Positions 16,842 through 20,658 of a stretch of DNA of 20,658 nucleotides are shown here, in pieces. A program made the translations under genes and the position numbers. Source of the stretch: Candidatus Thorarchaeota archaeon (GTDB lineage: Archaea > Asgardarchaeota > Thorarchaeia > Thorarchaeales > Thorarchaeaceae); the NCBI GenBank assembly GCA_048882385.1, contig JBHLRQ010000054.1, positions 1 to 20,658 of the forward strand, read 5' to 3'. How positions within the stretch are numbered: the stretch's first letter is position 1; the number at the start of each line of letters is the position of its first letter. The notes under the pieces were generated by a model. It was not told where the DNA came from. It worked only from the letters and a program-made list of their open reading frames with translations, and made no database searches.

Positions 16842-17014
16842 GATTGATTCGTCACTCTACTTTCAATATAGTTCAATCTTCCAAGAACCAACACACGAAA
16901 GATAATCAGGAGCAATACTATTAGTGCTTGTCCCAGTAGATAAGAGAAAACAACAAAAAATAGCGATGCTGCTTCTAAACCTCTGGATGTAGAATTTCTA
17001 AAACTAGGGAACAA
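16826..17014 (-). CDS. Possible small membrane peptide downstream of tetR
   Basis: 62-aa ORF with one long hydrophobic stretch, filling the gap between tetR and the convergent gene. No recognisable motif. Confidence 0.2.
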   Translation of the reverse strand: MFPSFRNSTSRGLEAASLFFVVFSYLLGQALIVLLLIIFRVLVLGRLNYIESRVTNQSHEDV

Positions 17015-17579
17015 ACATCTCTACAAGATCTTTTGAAACAGTTTCAGGATCTATTTGATTTTCAAAATCCCCCGATATGAATAAGGATGAAAGGCCCTCC
17101 AATGAGGCAATTAGAATACGAGCCCTCCCTTCAGGGTTTGAAATGCCACATTCCTGGTACAGTTTCATTGCAAGATTCATGTGGTCTTTATACGATCTCA
17201 GCCATTCCGTACATTGGTCTTTCCTGTTTTCACCCTCCTCGTATACTTCATAGGAAAATCGACGAAATGAAGGATGTTCCATAAACATCTGAACCGAACT
17301 TCGGATGAACTGTGTCAGTTTTTCTTGAGGAGTTCCTTTGCTGATGATTTGCTTGAGATGCGGGCTCCAGAGTTTATTGAATCCTTGAAGAAGTGATTCG
17401 CAAGCAAGATCATACTTAGAGTTGAAATAATGGAAAACTGCACCTTTTGAGATGCCTAGTTCAGAGCAGATACTGTCTATACTTACCTTATGATAGGACC
17501 GATTGATGAACTGGCGAAATGATTCATTAACGATGTTCTCTTTGGTTTCTGGTTCTGTCATTACAACCAGGTTGGACAT
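17004..17579 (-). CDS. TetR/AcrR family transcriptional regulator
   Basis: ETKENIV...F...SYHKVSIDSICSELGISKGAVFHYFNSKYDL HTH. Start likely ATG 17579 (after GAGGT), or 17630 or 17561. The 17717 call overlaps the upstream gene. Confidence 0.9.
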   Translation of the reverse strand: MSNLVVMTEPETKENIVNESFRQFINRSYHKVSIDSICSELGISKGAVFHYFNSKYDLACESLLQGFNKLWSPHLKQIISKGTPQEKLTQFIRSSVQMFMEHPSFRRFSYEVYEEGENRKDQCTEWLRSYKDHMNLAMKLYQECGISNPEGRARILIASLEGLSSLFISGDFENQIDPETVSKDLVEMFVP

Positions 17580-17629
17580 GTCACTTGCTACCTCATTAGT
17601 TTCACGCTTCCTGCCTCTGGTCATAGTCA

Positions 17630-19018
17630 TCAATTCCGATATCTGTTGAGAATACTTCTGAAAGCAACTTTGAAGAACTCGAGATTCTTCATTTTGATCT
17701 GTTTCCAGATGAGACATGGTCTTGTATAGAATTTGTAGTATGCTCTAGTGAGAAGTCGTTTAATTACTTCTCGTGATAATTCTGGAAACTCCATAACAGG
17801 CTCAAGTACTGTAAATTCCGACCAATTAGACGCAGTCAGCCATCCATTCTCCCTGACCTCATCGTACATGGGTGTACCTGGATAGGGAGTACAAATTGTA
17901 AACTGAGCTAAATCAGGATCCAGTCTGCATGCAAAATCGATTGTAGACTCAATATCCTCTTTTGATTCACCAGGTATTCCCAAAATGAATGAAAGAACCA
18001 GTCCCAAACCCGCCTGTTTTGCTAGTTTCACAGAACGAATTATCTGGTTAAGCTGTATTCCCTTCTTTATCCTATCAAGGATTCTTTGGCTTCCTGACTC
18101 AGCACCAATGTACAGAGTATGACAACCTGCTTTCTTCAACCAATTTGCCATTTCTGGATGACGCGATAAGATGTCTGCTCTTGTTGAACAAGTCCATGTA
18201 ACTTCATCCATATCCATAATCATCTTCGAACAGATTTCTTTGACGCGTTTATGATCGAAAGTGAAGAGATCGTCAATGAATGTAACATCACGCACACCAT
18301 ATCGTTTTTGCAACAACTCAATTTCTTGCATGACATTCTCTGGAGACCTGCCTCTCCAGCGTTTTCCAGTGATTCTTGAGGATGAGCAGAATGTGCACTG
18401 ATATGGGCAACCTCTACTTGTGATCATCGGAGCAATTCTCTGATTTTTAGGAAAATAGCTACGCAGGTCCAAAAGATCATAATCCGGAAATGGAAGGTTA
18501 TCCAGACAATCGATATATGGCATGTCCGGATTCTTGATAATTGAATCTCCTCTACGAACCGTAGTTCCAGGCACTCCATCGTATTGCTGCTTCTTTTCCA
18601 TTCTTTCGAGAATGGCATTCATAGTTATCTCTCCTTCTCCCCTTACAACTACATCAATGTCTGGACAATCATTCAGTACCTGTTCATCCTGAAAGGTCAC
18701 GTGGGCTCCTCCAACAACAACAGGGATTGTTTTGTTGTGGTTTTTGACAACTTTGGCCGTACGATATACATCGTAGATAGAGGGGGTTGTCTGTCCGCTG
18801 ATACCAACCACATCTGGAGAGAAGGAAGACAGGACTGTTTCGAAATCCGGAATCCTGGAGTCTTTGAGGAGCCCATCGTGTATTCTTACATTGTGATTTC
18901 CATATTTCTTCAGATAGCTCGCAATGTATCCAATCCCAAGAGGAGGACTTGTATAATCGAAAGAGTTTCGTATGTCACAATTCGAAGATGGAACTGTCAG
19001 CAGAACTTTGGCGAAACC
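17630..19018 (-). CDS. Cobalamin (B12)-binding radical SAM protein (class B methylase-like), start codon anomalous
   Basis: Frame is open upstream of the 18811 call: GFAKVLLTVP...TSPPLGIGYIASYL...FSPDVVGIS (B12-domain N-terminus), then VVGGAH, VVRGEGE, TSRGCPYQCTFC, FIDDLF, GAESGSQ, TPYPGT. Confidence 0.88.
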   Translation of the reverse strand, partial: GFAKVLLTVPSSNCDIRNSFDYTSPPLGIGYIASYLKKYGNHNVRIHDGLLKDSRIPDFETVLSSFSPDVVGISGQTTPSIYDVYRTAKVVKNHNKTIPVVVGGAHVTFQDEQVLNDCPDIDVVVRGEGEITMNAILERMEKKQQYDGVPGTTVRRGDSIIKNPDMPYIDCLDNLPFPDYDLLDLRSYFPKNQRIAPMITSRGCPYQCTFCSSSRITGKRWRGRSPENVMQEIELLQKRYGVRDVTFIDDLFTFDHKRVKEICSKMIMDMDEVTWTCSTRADILSRHPEMANWLKKAGCHTLYIGAESGSQRILDRIKKGIQLNQIIRSVKLAKQAGLGLVLSFILGIPGESKEDIESTIDFACRLDPDLAQFTICTPYPGTPMYDEVRENGWLTASNWSEFTVLEPVMEFPELSREVIKRLLTRAYYKFYTRPCLIWKQIKMKNLEFFKVAFRSILNRYRN

Positions 19019-20539
19019 TCATCCCTCCACGAAGTTGGGTTTTACCATCGAATTCGATGCTCTCAACAGTACTTCCAAATCTGAAGTGCAAGATCCAACT
19101 AGCTGGTCCCAGTAATCCTTGTTGTGAATACACCCTGGATCTGGGGCTAATTCGTCTCCAAAATAAGCAATCGCTCTTGCTCGACAACCACCGCAGACAT
19201 GGCGTTTCTCGCAACTTCCGCAAGCATCTCTCAGAAGATCCTTATTTCTCAAACGTTGAAGAAGTGCGGAATGAGTCCATAGTGAGTCAAAATCCTCTTT
19301 TACGATATTTCCTATCTTCATTGAATCAATATGAGGGAAAAAGACACAGGGATAGATGTCACCATTTGGCTCAAGAGCAACGTAGAATCTTCCTGCACCA
19401 CAACCACCTATAAACTCAGTAAGACTTTGCATTTGTTTTGGGATTCGTGTATTGTTGAAATGAGTAGGAGATATGATCTCCTCTTGGTTTGTACATAGTA
19501 AATTAGCATCAGATGCAACTCTACCAAACTGAGGAGCAGTTGTCAAAACCTCTAACGAGGATTTTTCTTTGCTTGAAGCCCTTTTCCATAGTTCTTCCAG
19601 AAGATGTTCTCGTTCATCCGGAGTCAAATCCAAATCAATCAATTCAGCTCCTCTACCTACAGGAACCAGATTGTAAAGCATGAGCCATCTTGCTTTCAGA
19701 CTCTCACTCAGCGTGATAACATCATGAATTTCGCTGATATTATGTCGAGTCACAGTTGTAGATATTTCAACAAAGAGACCCTCAGATACACAATTCTTTA
19801 TTCCTCTAATCGTCCTTTCAAAAGCTCCAGAAACACCTCTGAAATTGTCGTGAGTGTCAGCATTGGCTCCATCTACACTGATTTGTACAAATTTCATACC
19901 AGCATTTTTGAAACGTTTGACTCGTTCAGGATTTGAGAACGAAATTCCATTTGTAGCAACTGCAACATAGATTCCTCGCTCGGTTGCTCTCCGAATTAAT
20001 CTGAGGATGTCGGGTCGAATTGTTGGTTCTCCTCCAGAGAATGCGAGAAATACAACACCTGCGTCAGCTAGTTTATCGACACATTCAAGCGCCTCGTTAG
20101 TCGACAGCTCATTTTGGTCCTTCTGACCTGCGCTTTCATAGCAATGCTTGCATTTCAGGTTGCAAGCTCTTGTTACGTTCCAGACTACCTGAAACGGAGC
20201 ACCCGGTGTAAATGGTCTTGTTACGCCAAATTTCGCAAGTCCACTAACTATACTTGACATAGACCTCCTGAATATGTTGTCTTCAAGCCCTCTCTCAATG
20301 TCATCTGATGTTGTTCCGAACGCCCTGGCACCTATTGCAAGAATCAAACGAGTGAGATATGCTGAAATCCTGCACAATCTGCATGCGTCATCTCTCTTGC
20401 CAGCGATGAGATCCAGAGCAACATTGAGGCGAGTGTCACCATCAGACATGCAGTTCCTAGTTATTGCTACCAGAAAATGCCGTATGAGTCGAAACGAAGT
20501 CAGGCTTGTTAGCAGACCGATTTTCGAATCCGTTTTCAC
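19019..20539 (-). CDS. Radical SAM/SPASM domain protein with N-terminal extension (GMGT synthase Gms-like architecture)
   Basis: APFQVVWNVTRACNLKCKHCY, FSGGEP, SPASM GCGAG...YPC...CGSCEKRHVCGGCRARA...DPGC, and N-terminal C...ACRLC. GTG at 20539 is preferred because the 20644 call runs through the promoter/operator. Confidence 0.88.
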   Translation of the reverse strand: MKTDSKIGLLTSLTSFRLIRHFLVAITRNCMSDGDTRLNVALDLIAGKRDDACRLCRISAYLTRLILAIGARAFGTTSDDIERGLEDNIFRRSMSSIVSGLAKFGVTRPFTPGAPFQVVWNVTRACNLKCKHCYESAGQKDQNELSTNEALECVDKLADAGVVFLAFSGGEPTIRPDILRLIRRATERGIYVAVATNGISFSNPERVKRFKNAGMKFVQISVDGANADTHDNFRGVSGAFERTIRGIKNCVSEGLFVEISTTVTRHNISEIHDVITLSESLKARWLMLYNLVPVGRGAELIDLDLTPDEREHLLEELWKRASSKEKSSLEVLTTAPQFGRVASDANLLCTNQEEIISPTHFNNTRIPKQMQSLTEFIGGCGAGRFYVALEPNGDIYPCVFFPHIDSMKIGNIVKEDFDSLWTHSALLQRLRNKDLLRDACGSCEKRHVCGGCRARAIAYFGDELAPDPGCIHNKDYWDQLVGSCTSDLEVLLRASNSMVKPNFVEG

Positions 20540-20575
20540 TCCACACTTCTTCCATTGCCGAATAACCAACTTAAT

Positions 20576-20595
20576 CATACCGACTAGTCGGTATG
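20576..20595. promoter_or_regulatory. Perfect 20-bp palindrome CATACCGACTAGTCGGTATG, putative TetR operator
   Basis: Exact self-reverse-complement read from the sequence. Lies between a TATA-like box and the probable GTG start of an operon ending in a TetR gene. Confidence 0.75.
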
Positions 20596-20618
20596 TCATA
20601 ACAGTAGAAGCTTCTTTC

Positions 20619-20628
20619 AGATATAATA
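20619..20628 (-). promoter_or_regulatory. Putative TATA box (TATTATATCT on - strand)
   Basis: TTATAT at 20626-20621, about 25-30 nt upstream of the palindrome, which would place the transcription start at the operator. Confidence 0.5.
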
Positions 20629-20658
20629 TCATTGACTGACGCAAAGGATGTTCTAACT

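Noticed and set aside
18584-19413. + strand ORFs 18584-19084 and 18949-19413, and - strand ORF 18975-19223
   Set aside because: They overlap the rSAM coding frames. The apparent gap at 18812-19018 is actually the B12-domain N-terminus.
19019-20539. RiPP maturase interpretation of the SPASM enzyme
   Set aside because: No precursor peptide, PqqD/RRE domain, peptidase or exporter is visible, and the operon appears to start with this gene.
1-20658. tRNA, rRNA, CRISPR arrays, IS elements
   Set aside because: Intergenic gaps are short. No cloverleaf, periodic repeat, transposase or integrase was seen by eye.

Overview
Gene-dense archaeal window, most consistent with an Asgard archaeon such as Thorarchaeia. 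This is an inference from GGAGG/GGTGA/GAGGTG ribosome-binding sites, TTG/GTG starts, TATA-like promoters, a tungsten-type AOR and a longin/roadblock-like protein. No rRNA, tRNA, CRISPR array or mobile element was seen. Left to right: (1) a + strand pair of a tetraether-synthase (Tes/GDGT-MAS, COG1964)-like radical SAM enzyme and a methyltransferase with ArsM-like cysteines; (2) a - strand block of methyltransferase, longin-like protein, degenerate HTH-methyltransferase, DUF547, a duplicated membrane protein and an ICMT/PEMT-type methyltransferase; (3) a long - strand lipid/amine metabolism run of 2 SCP2-like proteins, AOR, acyl-CoA ligase, MaoC, 2 GNATs, an Ord-like dehydrogenase and a class III aminotransferase; (4) a - strand operon of radical SAM/SPASM, B12-dependent radical SAM and TetR, preceded by a perfect 20-bp palindromic operator. 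The B12 enzyme's frame extends 69 codons beyond the ORF call, lacks a standard start codon and abuts the in-frame TGA of the SPASM gene. The best candidate systems are a TetR-controlled membrane-lipid cross-linking/methylation operon and a Tes-like rSAM + ArsM-like pair.
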